Of a DNA stretch of 64,000 nt, positions 25,704 through 37,984 are shown one piece after another. Numbering within the stretch: position 1 is the first letter of the stretch; the number at the start of each line of letters is the position of its first letter. This DNA is from the human T2T-CHM13v2.0 reference genome, Homo sapiens. The notes under the pieces are model-generated. The model had not been told where the DNA came from and did no database searches. It worked only from the letters and a program-made list of their open reading frames with translations. A program made the position numbers and the translations under genes. The stretch lies in NCBI RefSeq assembly GCF_009914755.1, contig NC_060932.1; one strand, 5' to 3'.

Positions 25704-26554
25704 TTGTTATTTTTTTAATTATACTTTAATGTTCTAGGGTACATGTGCACAATGTGCAGGTTTGTTACATATGTATATACATGTGCCATGTTGGTGTGCT
25801 GCACCCATTAACTCGTCATTTACATTAGGTATATCTCCTAATGCTATCCCTCCTCCCTCCCCCCACCCCATGACAGGCCCCGGTGTGTGATATTCCCCTT
25901 CCTGTGTCCAAGTGTTCTCACTGTTCAATTCCCACCTATGAGTGAGAACACGCGGTGTTTGGTTTTTTGTCCTTGTGATAGTTTGCTGAGAATGATGGCT
26001 TCCAGCTTCATCCATGTCCCTACAAAGGACATGACCTCATCCTTTTTTATGGCTGCATAGTATTCCATGGTGTATATGTACCACATTTTCTTAATCCAGT
26101 CTATCACTGATGGACATTTGGGTTGGTTCCAAGTCTTTGCTATTGTGAATAGTGCCGCAATAAACATATGTGTGCATGTGTCTTTATAGCAGCATGATTT
26201 ATAATCCTTTGGGTATATACCCAGTAATGGGATGGCAGGGTCAAATGTTATTTCTAGTTCTAGATCCTTGAGGAATCGCCACACTGTCTTCCACAATGGT
26301 TGAACTACTTTACAGTCCCACCAACTATGTGAAAGTGTTCCTGTTTCTCCACATTCTCTCCAGCATCTGTTGTTTCCTGACTTTTTAATGATCGCCATTC
26401 TAACTGGTATGAAATGGTATCTCATTGTGGTTTTGATTTGCATTTCTCTGATGGCCAGTGATGATGAGCATTTTTTCATGTGTCTGTTGGCTGCATAAAT
26501 GTCTTCTTTTGAGAAGTGTCTGTTCATATCCTTTGCCCACTTTTTGATGGGTTG
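25704..26554 (-). mobile_element. 5'-truncated L1PA (approximately PA4-PA6), about 850 bp
   Basis: Classic L1PA 3' UTR plus ORF2 end; perfect 14-bp TSD AATTTATTTCTCTT at 25690-25703 and 26555-26568. Confidence 0.96.
25925..26527 (-). pseudogene. L1 ORF2p C-terminal 200-aa fragment (not a host gene)
   Basis: [14 protein letters not shown]...[18 protein letters not shown] (CCHC knuckle)...FSLIGGN* matches the ORF2p C-terminus; EN and RT domains absent. Confidence 0.93.
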
Positions 26555-27519
26555 AATTTATTTCTCTTGATAGTGTTTTGATTTTCCTCCAGAGGAAAAA
26601 AAAAAACTTGCTATACTTCTAGAAGCTAGATTTGATAAACAAATTACCTAATATAGTCGAAAATAGAGCTTGTTTAAAATTTTAAATTTTCATGAATGTT
26701 TTTATTCTTTGTGAGTTCTGGTCTGATTCAGTATATTCTTATTGAAGACCTAGTGTGTTCGCCAATTTTCCTCTTCTACAATAGGCCACAAGTCCATTCT
26801 TCCACTAGCCCTGTTAGATTGCTGAGTCTGTGCTAAGTTCCTTGGACTCTTGGTTCTCATTATGTTCAACCTATCACTTCCTACTAATGAACTTTTCATT
26901 GGCAGGTGCCTCAATGAGAAGAGTAACACAATGTCAGCTCATCCATCTCGAATGTTTTCTTTTTGTAATTTTGGATACTTGAATTCTAGCAAGCTTGAAA
27001 TAAATGTATAAAAATACATCATCAATTATTCTAATTGAATAGAAAGTAAGTGATGATAGTCTAGTCTGACATAATGAAAAGCTGAAGTTCAAAATGTCAC
27101 TGTTATTTCATGCATTGGCGTAGCATAAAATACAGCTTAAGATAAAATGTAAAACACAGCAAATAGTAGATAATAAATAAAAAAGAAAGGAATGAATATT
27201 GTCACACACACATACATGCAAAGAAATGGAATCATTTCAGCAAAGTATATAGGAAATATAAATATGTGCTAATAAGCTAACTGAAGCTACTGACTTGTTG
27301 GGCTCTGCATCTTCGAAGAGGAAGAAGGAGAGACAAGACCTTGCATTTGAGGAGTAACTATGACTGAAGCTCTGCATGGATCATTGGGGAAGAGAGTTGA
27401 GAAAAACTATAGATGATTGCCTGCTTAAACCTGCCTATCTGCTAAGGCAAGGGGGCGAAATAACAGAGAAGCTCATACACTCTTGCTCACATGACTGTGA
27501 CTAAGCCAAATGGTTTCAG

Positions 27520-27950
27520 TGAAGCCATTATAAAACCAAGTAGTATACTGAAGACCTGGGAGGTAGAAGAACCATAACAAAATGTTTGATACAGAAAATT
27601 GAGCCAGAAATAAGAAAGAAAAAAATCATACACCCACTCAAAATATGTTTGCAAATGGAGAGTAAATAAGAAGAATAAGAGATAAATGCAAAAGGAAATA
27701 AGTTATTCAGAAAGAAATTCATGTAATTGGTGATAAAAAATGATTTTAAGGTAAATATGCTTAGAATCTCAAAGAGGTTAAATAATACATATGATTCACC
27801 AAGCAAAAAAGAAAATATAAAACAGGCAGATAGTAATTAAGAGTTGAAAGACTTAAGCAACAATCAAACAGAAATCCTGAAAATGAAATACAGAATCATT
27901 GACATTGAACACTCAAAACCTAGAAGAATAAAACCCTGACAGGATATACT
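27520..27950 (+). mobile_element. Possible old L1 ORF1-region relic
   Basis: A-rich; AATCAAACAGAAATCCTGAAAATGAAATACA resembles the L1M ORF1 coiled-coil region. Confidence 0.4.
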
Positions 27951-28199
27951 ATACTATTCATGGATATATTCTAATCTATTACAAGAAAGTTTAATGAATA
28001 ATAAATACTCAACATATATTTTCCTTCTTGAAAAATTATATATTCAATAATATTTGCATTAATAAATGAAATAAATATTTTTAAAGAATAAAACTCATAA
28101 AGTAAAGATAATGGATGAAAATCTGAGCAGAAGATGCACATCTTCTAGAGCTTTTCTAGTATTACTGCGGATCTCTTATCTTGAGAGAAAGCTTAGATG

Positions 28200-29800
28200 A
28201 GTAGGATAAACCACAGCCTTCATCTTGGGGCCACGATTGATATTCACCCTCTCTCCTTCAGCATTGATTGCAAATTTCCTTTGCCCTAAATTATCATTTC
28301 TACTGACCTTGGTGATTTACCTCGTGATGTGAACCAAACTCTCATTCCTGAAGTATCTGAGCTCCTGAAAACCATACTCAAGTTAGGGGCATTGCGCATA
28401 TCTGTTTATTGACTTTACATAAAGGAGAACTGAGCAACATCCAAGCAAATGACTTAGCTGGCAAATATGCCTCTGCCTGTTTCTAGCGTATAACAGCAGT
28501 CCTACCTTCTCATGCTAACTGTGGTCCATTATTCATGTCAAATTCAGATTCTACTTTTTTTGCCTATTGGTACCTGGACACTAGAATTCCCAGAAGCACA
28601 GGCAGCAGCTGTGCTTGTAGCTAAATGGAACTTTTGATGGGGCCCTGTCAAGAGGGTTCTCCGTTTGAGGATTATAAACCTTAACCCTAAAGATTCCAGA
28701 GTTATGGAGATGGAAAAGACAAAGTCTCCCAATAGGTCACTGGAAATCATGGTAAATAAATGCACATGTGCATTCATGCCTTTGTTCCCAGACCCGTACT
28801 TTCTTCCTTCTGAGGAGACAGTGCTGAACAGAGTTTATATTTCAGTGCATAAGCTTCATCCTTAACTGACTCTAAGCTGAAGCTTTGGCTGAACTTTCAG
28901 CAGGTTGTCCCAATACCATTTGGCTAGTTGTCTTTGCTTGGGATAGTGTGCGACACAACTAGTAGGTGCCAAGGACTCATTCCCAAACTTCTTTCACTGT
29001 GGAGTGGATCCCTCATCTGACAATACTTTGCATGACATCCCATGCCTAAGCATCAAGCACTCCATACACTCCCGGATAACAATACTTGGCTGTGGCCCCT
29101 TAGGAAGAAAAAATAAACCATGCCTGGAATAGGCTTCTGCTCTTGTGAGGATAAAACACTGGTCCTCTCAGAAAGAAAGAGACGCAATGGAATCAAACTG
29201 TCACCAAGTGGTTAATTGGTCACCTTAAGAATTTGTGCCATATTGAGAGCTCAGCTTGGTTCCTGTTGCTGGCAGTGTGGACATTCAGACTTGACTGCTG
29301 CTAGAGTAGGCTTGTTCACTGGAGTCTATGCTGTCTGGCTTGTGGATTGCCTCCATCTTCTCTATGTTCTGCTGCGTTGTCCACTCAGTTCATGTGCATA
29401 TCAAGCCAGTTCAGTGGTGGTTGATGATGAAAGCTAGCTAACAGGAACTGGCTGAGTCATTTGTCTAGCTGTTTATGTAATGCTTCTTCTATGGCCAATG
29501 CTTTCTTATGGACAGTCACATGTAATGGAAAACTCTTCATACTTCAAGTCCACATTCATACATCCAGGCATGTGCTTCAACCTTGAATCTCATTGTCTCA
29601 CTTGTCCACTATTTCTATTGTTAAGCATTCCATTTCTTCCAGAGCACAGTAGCCAGCCTGGAGTTTCCCCAAAGGCATATAATTGTTTTATGCAATGCAT
29701 GGTAGAGTGAATGGATGCAGCAGGAAGTTGAAGTCCCTGGACAAGTAGGAAACAAAATTTCCACGAATAAACTGTGCATAAATTTGTTGCACAACCCATT
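28200..29800 (-). mobile_element. ERVL-type internal relic (pol integrase region)
   Basis: Reverse-strand translation near 29180-29305 gives ECPHCQQ and LSSQYGTNS*GDQLTTW*QFD, resembling ERVL integrase ECPxCQQ...LSPRYGTIPRGDQPATWWQVD. Confidence 0.78.
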
Positions 29801-30121
29801 AATCATCTCCATACAAAACTTGCTAACCCATAGCAGGTTCCAATTACCTTTACAATGAGTTAGTCATGGATTATCTTAGAAACTATCACTAAAGTAGTCT
29901 GAGGAGGTGAAGTTATTTTTGTTATAATCTCAATAGGAGAGATAAACAGTGTTTCTAAATTCAGTGACCATTTAAAAGATTTTAATTTGGTGAATCTATT
30001 TTGAAGAAATACTTCTGTAAAACTCCAATGATGTGAGATATTTTGTTTGTTTTTAAACCCTTATCTGCAGAATTTTTTGAAAACTAGAATTTTTATGGAA
30101 CATTAAAATAAAAAAATTTGA

Positions 30122-30353
<232 letters not shown>

Positions 30354-30599
30354 AGTGAAAATATTTTTATATAAAAATAAGTCAGTTTTAGACAGATACA
30401 CAGTTTATTGAGAATAACAGATTATATATAGGATGTGTGTGTGTGTAATGACATGTTAACTTTTTTTAGTGAAATAAGTTTAGAATTCTTATTCATCATC
30501 TGAAGAAAGCAAAATGACTTATTTATGTCTGGCAATCTTTCTTTTCCCTTTAACCTTCTTTTTACCAGTATTCCTCTTTTAGCTTTTCTTAGCAAACAT

Positions 30600-30720
30600 C
30601 TCAACATTTTCCTTTTACAGATGGGAAACATAGAGATAATAAAGTAAAGTGACTTTCCAATGATGTGGAGCTGGTGGAAACAAGATCTGCTCCTATCTAG
30701 CCTGCTGTTTAACCCACAAC
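30600..30720 (-). mobile_element. MIR fragment
   Basis: TTTTACAGATGGGAAACATAGAG...AAGTGACTTTCCAA. Confidence 0.72.
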
Positions 30721-31019
30721 CCAATTTGTCCCTGTCCTTTTTTCTACCACCATATTTTCTTATCTGCTTAGTCCCTCCAGTTGATAACTAACGTGAAGTC
30801 TTTTATTCCCCAGATTTCTGTGAATGTATTCTTACTTTTTCTTACTCCACCTTTTCTCCATTCTTACACAAGTATCTTCTATTTTCTGCTCCTTCTGGTT
30901 TCATGTGCTATTCCATTTCACTTCCTTTAACTTGCTTTTATTTCTAGCCCCCTTCATTTTCTCTCTTGTCTTTCCTCTCTCCCAACCTACTGTCTTTCTG
31001 ATGGCAGTAACACACTGCA

Positions 31020-31185
31020 TTTATACACAAAGCCATTTCCTTGATGTGCTCGGAGCACTGTATGTGTATTACTTATTAATCCCCCTATCATTTCTGTAAG
31101 GCCCATTCATTACTGCTTGTTGACAAACGGGAACAAGAGACCCAGGAAGATTAATTGAGCTACTCAAGGATAAACAGTGAATCAG
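31020..31185 (-). mobile_element. MIR fragment
   Basis: AGCACTGTATGTGTATTACTTATTAATCC...GGGAACAAGAGACCCAG...CTCAAGG. Confidence 0.55.
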
Positions 31186-31979
31186 TGCCAGAACCATAAA
31201 CAAAACCTAGTCTCACTGACTTCCCTCATATCAACCTCTCCTGTCCTGTTTCTCCTTTTCTTTCCAAATCTTGCCTCATTAAGTAGTATTAACTCATCCC
31301 TGAAGTGCTTTGAGGCAATCTGCCACAACTGAATGGAGGACCAGGATGGTGCTTTTGTTTTGTCTCTGATCCTGGTTGTGTGAATTTTGCCTTGTCTATC
31401 AAAGTTGTTGAGCCTCATTTTCCCCACGTATGTCATGGAAATAAGTGGCTCGTCCTAGGACAGTGTTTTTCAATATATGATACTCAGATGGTTTTATTAT
31501 GAACAGGAGATGATTTCAGGTGGTACAGGGAGAGAATATTAAGTAAATCATGACAGTATCCTCACCATTCATTTCTTTTCAATTATCCTGATAATACCAA
31601 AGAAAAAGATTTATGTTATGTTGCTATAGCACTTGCTAATTACATATTTAACAAAGGGAGATTCAGCACCTCTGGTAGTCACAATGTCTTGCAATAGTTT
31701 AAATTAAATTATTTATTTGTACAATTACCTTCTATTAATAGTGAATAAAACAGATTTTTTTGTCAGTCAAGTTAGTGAAACAAAGCTCCATTTTAATATA
31801 GATTTCTATAAGTTTCCAAAATGATCAATGGAAACAGAAATAAGTATCAAATAATGATATGGGTGTTATAAAGATAAGAAAAAAAAATCCTGTGGGTGAA
31901 ATTGATACGTCCAAATTTTGGGAAGACGAGACTAGAGGACACATTCCCCTTTCTACAACATTGATCTGAGCCAGGAGTG

Positions 31980-32300
31980 CTTGATGCCATTATTGTCCTC
32001 AGTTCTTTCATCCTTTCCTTTGCCATGTGACATTGCAGTGCCTCCAACTGGGATATATATTCTCCTCCTATTGATTTTAGGCTTGTCTGAGAGACTTACT
32101 TTCACGAATGAAATGTTCACCAGCACGGTCTGCGTTAATCTTCTTGGTCTTCAGCCTTTCTACCATGAGAAGAAGATAAGCCACATTGCTGCTGGCCCCA
32201 GAAAGATGAGGCCTTATGGTGCAGTTCTGACCCTGCACCAAGTTAGAGCCTGGACCTTAACCTCACAGGCCCAGCCCAGGAAAGACTCGCTGAGAGCAGC
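31980..32300. mobile_element. Old MLT1 LTR fragment
   Basis: CCTTTGCCATGTGACATTGCAGTGCCTCC and CCATGAGAAGAA are characteristic of older MLT1 LTRs. Confidence 0.55.
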
Positions 32301-32739
32301 TCAGTCACTGTCACATGGATGGGCCCAAGACACTTTCTTGGCCAAAAAGAGCTCAAGGGAAAAACAGACAACGCAAAATTAAAAGAAACAAGAAAAACAT
32401 GTTGCTCCTTTTTTATCTCTGCCCTCCTTCTCCGGCAGGCAAGCAGCTCCTGATGTCGCTTGTCAATCTAAATGCCTGTAATCCCAGCTAGCACATTTGT
32501 TTGTTTAATATGCTTCTGCAAGACACTATTTTCTCACCACTGCCCTGGTGTTTTCCTGTCAAGCATTAATGAAGGCCCAGGGTAGGCCACCTGGGGAGAT
32601 AAATGTCTAGCAGAAGCAAGTGGAACCCAGTTGGCCCCCATCCAATTTGGGAACAAGACACTAAACCCTGGAAGCCTGGCAGCTTCCAAAAGCCTTCATA
32701 TGTCCCTTCCAATCTGCCTGCCTACAGAGTCTCACTCCA

Positions 32740-33350
32740 TTACAAACAGCATATTAGATTCAAGGAGACAGCTCTGTATCCCAGCTCTGTGCCTGGTAGG
32801 TTTTGTGATCGCAGGTAAGTCACTTAAACATTTTAGGGCTTAGTATCTTTATTTGAAAAGGTGGATAATTCTGTCAAAGTGTTTGTTGATTAAACAAGCT
32901 AATAGTTATAAAGCAATTTGCAATATGCATGGGGTCACGCGTGTCTGTGTGAAAAGACCACCAAACAGGCTTTGTGTGATCAGTAAAGTTTTTTAATCAC
33001 CTGGGTGCAGGCAGGCTGAGTCTGAAAAGAGAGTCAGGGAAGGGAGATAGGGGTGGGGCCGTTTTATAGGATTTGGGTAGGTAGTGGAAAATTACAGTCA
33101 AAGGGGTTGTTCTCTGGCAGGCAGGGGAGGGGGTCACAAGGTGCTCAGTGGGGGAGCTTCTGAGCCAGGAGAAAGAATTTCACAAGGTAATGTCATCAGT
33201 TAAGGCAGGAACCGGCCATTTTCACTTCTTTTGTCATTCTTCAGTTGCTTCAGGCCATCTGGATGTATATGTGCAGGCTTGGGCTCAGAGGCCTGACACA
33301 TGGCTCATAGTTAGAACCCAAAACTTGATAGTCATAATGATTATTTATTT
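32740..33350 (+). mobile_element. MIR split by LTR7
   Basis: ATCCCAGCTCTG...AAGTCACTTAA on the left; the MIR 3' end resumes after the LTR (CATGGCTCATAGTTAG). Confidence 0.7.
32933..33298 (-). mobile_element. Solo LTR7-family (HERV-H) LTR
   Basis: Reverse complement starts TGTCAGGCCTCTGAGCCCAAGCCTGCAC..ATACATCCAGATGGCCTGAAGCAACTGAAGAA; TATA (CCTATAAAAC); perfect TSD CATGG at 32928-32932 and 33299-33303. Confidence 0.95.
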
Positions 33351-33479
33351 AACCTCATCGCCTACAGTCCTGAAAATGTGCCCTAAATTCAATCACACTG
33401 AGCAGCTTTCTTAACACACTGGGACAAACCGTAAGTTTAACATATTTATAATTCTAATTTAGATTACTGTTTTTTAAAT

Positions 33480-33960
33480 CTATTTGTCTCATTAAGTTTT
33501 CTTTTGATAGAAATTGTTTTTATTTGGTTCCCGAGCTTTCTACATATGCAATCATATCAACTGCAAAGGGATATATGTTTGTTTTCCCTTTCACAATATT
33601 TATTTCAAGTTTTGTTTTTTATCTCATTGTATTGGTTAGATATTTCAAGATAATGTTGAATAATAGTGTTGATGATACACATTTCTCTGATTTTTTCAGT
33701 AATCAAAGGCTTCAACATATTACTATTTACTCTTGCTTGCTTTTACTTCTTGTAAATAATTATTGCACTTAGATACATATCTTGCATTCTTACCACTTAC
33801 ATAATTCATAAGGATTTTCAATTTGAGGTGAGTTATTCATATTTAAATATGTTTTCCTTTTGTTGTGTTGAACAATTATTTTACTTTACTGTTAGATATG
33901 ATTTGATAATATCCTATTATTAATTTTTTGTATCCAAGGTCATAAATAAAATTTTTCTGC
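33480..33960 (-). mobile_element. Old L1M fragment
   Basis: ATCATATCAACTGCAAA...ATGTTGAATAATAGTG resembles antisense ORF2. Confidence 0.6.
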
Positions 33961-36291
33961 TGGCGTACTCTTATTTCTATCATTCAACAAATGTTCATTC
34001 AATATATATGAATTGGTAGATGCATTCCAAAAAATTGGGAATTCAAAGGAATACAGAACATACATTGTCTCTGCTATTATGGAGCTTACAATGTAAAAGA
34101 TACAATTAAAATTGTGATAAATGCTAAAACTAAGATGAGCCCTTAAGAATGTTAAGGATGAAAGTAGTTAACCAAGTTTAAGCAACAAATCCACGGTGCC
34201 ATAAATTTTATTGGACCTTAGATTTAAAGGATACTTAGGAGAGAATGTGATAAAAGAGAAGTAGAGGGAAAATAGTTGGGGGATGTAGCCACATCCTAGG
34301 TGGTATGTTTAAGAAAATACAAGTAATCAGCTAACCAAAGCTGGCCTCTGTGAAAGGGATGTGAGGAATAACAGTGCTGAGAAATTATACTGCAAAACAT
34401 GCTGGAGGCTCAGGCACAGAGGTGATATTACCACAAAATGTGACCAATGTGGATTTTAAACTGATTCAGGAGGCACTAAAATTTTTGAGTGAGAGAGTTG
34501 AGTTGGCATCAAATATAAGGCCTGTAGCCCAAAAGAAGATGTGCATTAATAAAAAACAAGGCAGTCTTAACATAGTACATTAGATATCTTAACACACTCA
34601 AGTATGCTTATTGTAAAGTAGGTATTTTGTTGTAATTGGCATGACTCCCTAAAATCTGGTGCCTTTATCTGGTGTCTCTAGGGAGTTAACTGGCTACTAA
34701 ATTGATTCTTCAGATATCTGTTCAGGTGTGCCAGTAATGAGGTCATTATAGTAAAATGGTTAATGCCAGTGATAATTAATTTTTTTTTGCTTGAATTATC
34801 TCCTAAGAATACCAGAGAAAGCAAAGAAATTTAGAGTAAAAGCTCTCTGCCTTATATTGAAAGTCACAAATGTAATTTTGTGGTCTTACCTCAATGAATG
34901 CCTGTTGCAGAAAGTTATCCAAGTAGCTGTTAGCTAAGAAAAAAACAAAATGTCATTCTGTTATGATTAGTGGATTTATTCAATAGCCTTTATAAAAAGA
35001 TGCAATTGTCACTATTCTACCACACACAAAGGTATTGCAACTCTGAGATTACTCCTCCCACCAACACTTTATGGGATTATTTCATTCTCTTATGGTAGTT
35101 ATCATTTCCACTGTAATTTAGCACCAAATTGATGCAACTTCTCTCACTAAGCTGTAGGGTTGGAAGAACACAATCATGCCTCTACAACTTCTTGAGAAGG
35201 AGTACTGCTGGGATGGGTCGTCTGCAGAAAAAGATGCTGACAGGCATTAAGGTGGCAGATTCTAGAAGGAGGATTGTGAGTAAATACATTTAAGATCAGC
35301 TGACTCTTTCCTTCATTCGCCATCCAACCACAAGCAGTACAGAAAATGCAGCCCTACATGTGTCCAGGAGGGAGGAAGAAAACTTTTAAAACAGTGTTTT
35401 TTTCTTTTATAGATATATCTTCATCACCATTGATGTTCCTCAAAATTCAACCCTTGGGTCCTTTTTCTTGTCTGTCCGTGCATACTAAAAAGAAAAATTA
35501 AAAAACAACAATAAAATGGCAGTAATAACGTTAGTGCTAATAACCCAAAACCTTATCATCACTATCATAAGAGTAACAGTAATCGTTAATATTTATTGTT
35601 AAATAATAGTTATTCTAACAACCATTTCGGAAAGCAGAACTATCATCTCTTCAGCTTGGAATCTCCAATGTCTAGCACAGTAACTGGAAAAAAAATACAT
35701 GGTAAAATATTTGTTAAAATTTAACTCTAACCATTTCTTTCTCAGGATGAATAGTTATTGAAATAAACTGTTCATGGTAGCAAACACCTGGTTCCGACTT
35801 CTTTGCAATCATGCATCTTTAAAAATCCCCTTTCTTTTGGACAGGGAGTAATGACCACTCCTTTCTCAAAGCCTAATTTATACCATAAATGTATTAAAAA
35901 TTAATTTCATAAAGGAGAGAAAATGATTAAGCTCCAATAAATGTCCAGCACACCTAGGAAAATGTGAATTATTGAAAATAGAGTCTGCATTGAATCTTAA
36001 AAACCTGGAACAACTAACTGCTTGTTACTATAGTTTGTTTTATTGAATTGATGTGATTAAACAGGAGAGTGGCTTAATACAAAGGCTTTTCCATTAAAAA
36101 AAAAAGTACACCCTCCACCTCTCCCTACCACACACAAAACCTTGTCAGAAGCACACAATTTACCACCTTGATTCGCTGAGTTGGAACTGCCCTGGTGCCA
36201 TAAAGAACTCTGCAGGGTAAACTGTGAGTAGTCTAGACTGGGCAGTGTTCTCCCATTGAATTGAAAAGGTATGCTTATTAGAGTACACTAA

Positions 36292-36294
<3 letters not shown>

Positions 36295-36348
<54 letters not shown>

Positions 36349-36424
36349 AGTTTATATATTTTTATTATATATGTGTGTGTGTGTGTGTATGTATGTATGT
36401 GTATATATATATATATATATATAT
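36295..36424. repeat. (TA)24 followed by compound (TG)n(TATG)n(TA)n
   Basis: Perfect TA run at 36295-36342. Confidence 0.96.
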
Positions 36425-36742
36425 CACTGAAAGAAGAGAAGGAGAGAAAAGAGAGAGAGAGAGAACCAGCAGAGAAGTGTTTGGAGCAACTTTGAGAGTA
36501 CTATGTAAAACATTAACTCAAAGGATAACAACGTAACTTACACAAAGCTTATGAAGCTTCATAGTTCCACACCATTCTCACGAATGCATTAAATGCCTAG
36601 TTTAAGCTGCCGTCATAAACTCTCCCTTGCATCCACAGAAAGCTAGTTGTTCCTTTTCCATGGGACGCAAAACACTGAATTAGTCCAGTTGTGGCACTGT
36701 TCCCACATGCTCATTGTGGCTGGAAGAAAAAGACAATCTTGC

Positions 36743-37105
36743 TGTTATGGATTGAATGCTGTATCCATCCCCCCATATTTGTATGTTGAAGTCCTACTCC
36801 CCGGTTTGATGGTATTAGGAGGTGGTGTCTTTGGAAGGTAGTTAGGTCATGAGGGTGAAGCCCTCATCAATGTCATTAGTGTTCTTAATAGAAGAGAGAG
36901 GAGAGTTTGCTTTCTCTCTTTAGGCCACATAAGGATACAAGGAGAAGATAGCCTTCTGCAAATCATAGCTGGCCCTCATCAGACACTGAACCTGCTAATG
37001 ACTTAATCTTGGACTTCGCAGCCTCCAGTACTGTGAAAAATAAATTGCTATTTAAGCCACCCAATCTGTGGCATTCTGTTACAGCAGCCTGAACTGACAC
37101 ATACA
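36743..37105 (+). mobile_element. MLT1A/A0 solo LTR
   Basis: TGTTATGGATTGAATG...TATGTTGAAGTCCTA...TTAGGTCATGAGGGTG...AATAAA...GCAGCCTGAACTGAC. Confidence 0.88.
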
Positions 37106-37489
37106 TCCTGAATCGTATCCCTTTCAATTTCAGTCTGCATGTTTCACATAGGTCCTGTGCACTATCCTGGGATCTTATATTCACCCAGGCCATTTTCTAC
37201 TTAAGTCAGTCACTTCTGGGATTTGTCCTTCCTTTCCAGATACTCTATTGAGAAGCATGCTTTGTTTATAATAACATTTTTTGAAGAAATGAAAATTATA
37301 AAACTCTTCTCAAAACTTAACGAATATATCTGATTCTTGACCCACATAAACCAATGTATAAACAAGGTGAAATATGTCCAACAATAGAAACAATAAAACA
37401 AATATAAAAATGACCTTTTTTGTTCCAGCCACTGCTACATTTTCCTGCTGTCTGTTAGCATAAAACTTAGAGTTGTCCATTCAATTTGG

Positions 37490-37960
37490 TGTCACTTTTT
37501 ACATTTCTTCCTCTTTAAACTCACTCAAGCCAGGTGCCAGCAGACATCACCCTAGGAAACTCATTTTTGTTAAGCTGGGCGATGAACTCCATGTTGCTGA
37601 ATCTGTGGTCAGTTCACAGAGCTCCTCTTACTAGGACTTTGGCATCGTTTCACATTCTTGAAATATAGGCTCTGATTTCTGCATGCCACAGTGCCTTGTT
37701 TTCCACTATGCATCGCTGACTTCTTCAGCCTCCTCTGAAGACTCCCTGTCTTCCTAACTTTTAAACATTGGAGTGGCATTGCTCTCAGTCCCCAGATGCC
37801 CCTGTCTATCCTGCCACTCCAGAGTTCTCATCCAGTCTCTCAGCTTCAATATTACCAAAAGAGAGACCACTGACAAAACACCATATTTATTCCTCAGCCT
37901 CTATCATCAATTTTAGATTCCCATAGTTATGTCTAGACATATATCTGTATGGGTGTTTGG
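37490..37960 (+). mobile_element. L2 LINE fragment
   Basis: ATGAACTCCATGTTGCTGAATC..TGGTCAGTT and CTCATCCAGTCTC resemble the L2 ORF2 region. Confidence 0.62.
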
Positions 37961-37984
37961 TAAGTGTATTTTTTTAAATCATGA

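Noticed and set aside
31981-32382. 133-aa ORF with a hydrophobic N-terminus
   Set aside because: Overlaps an old MLT1 LTR fragment, begins at a non-ATG codon and has no recognisable domain.
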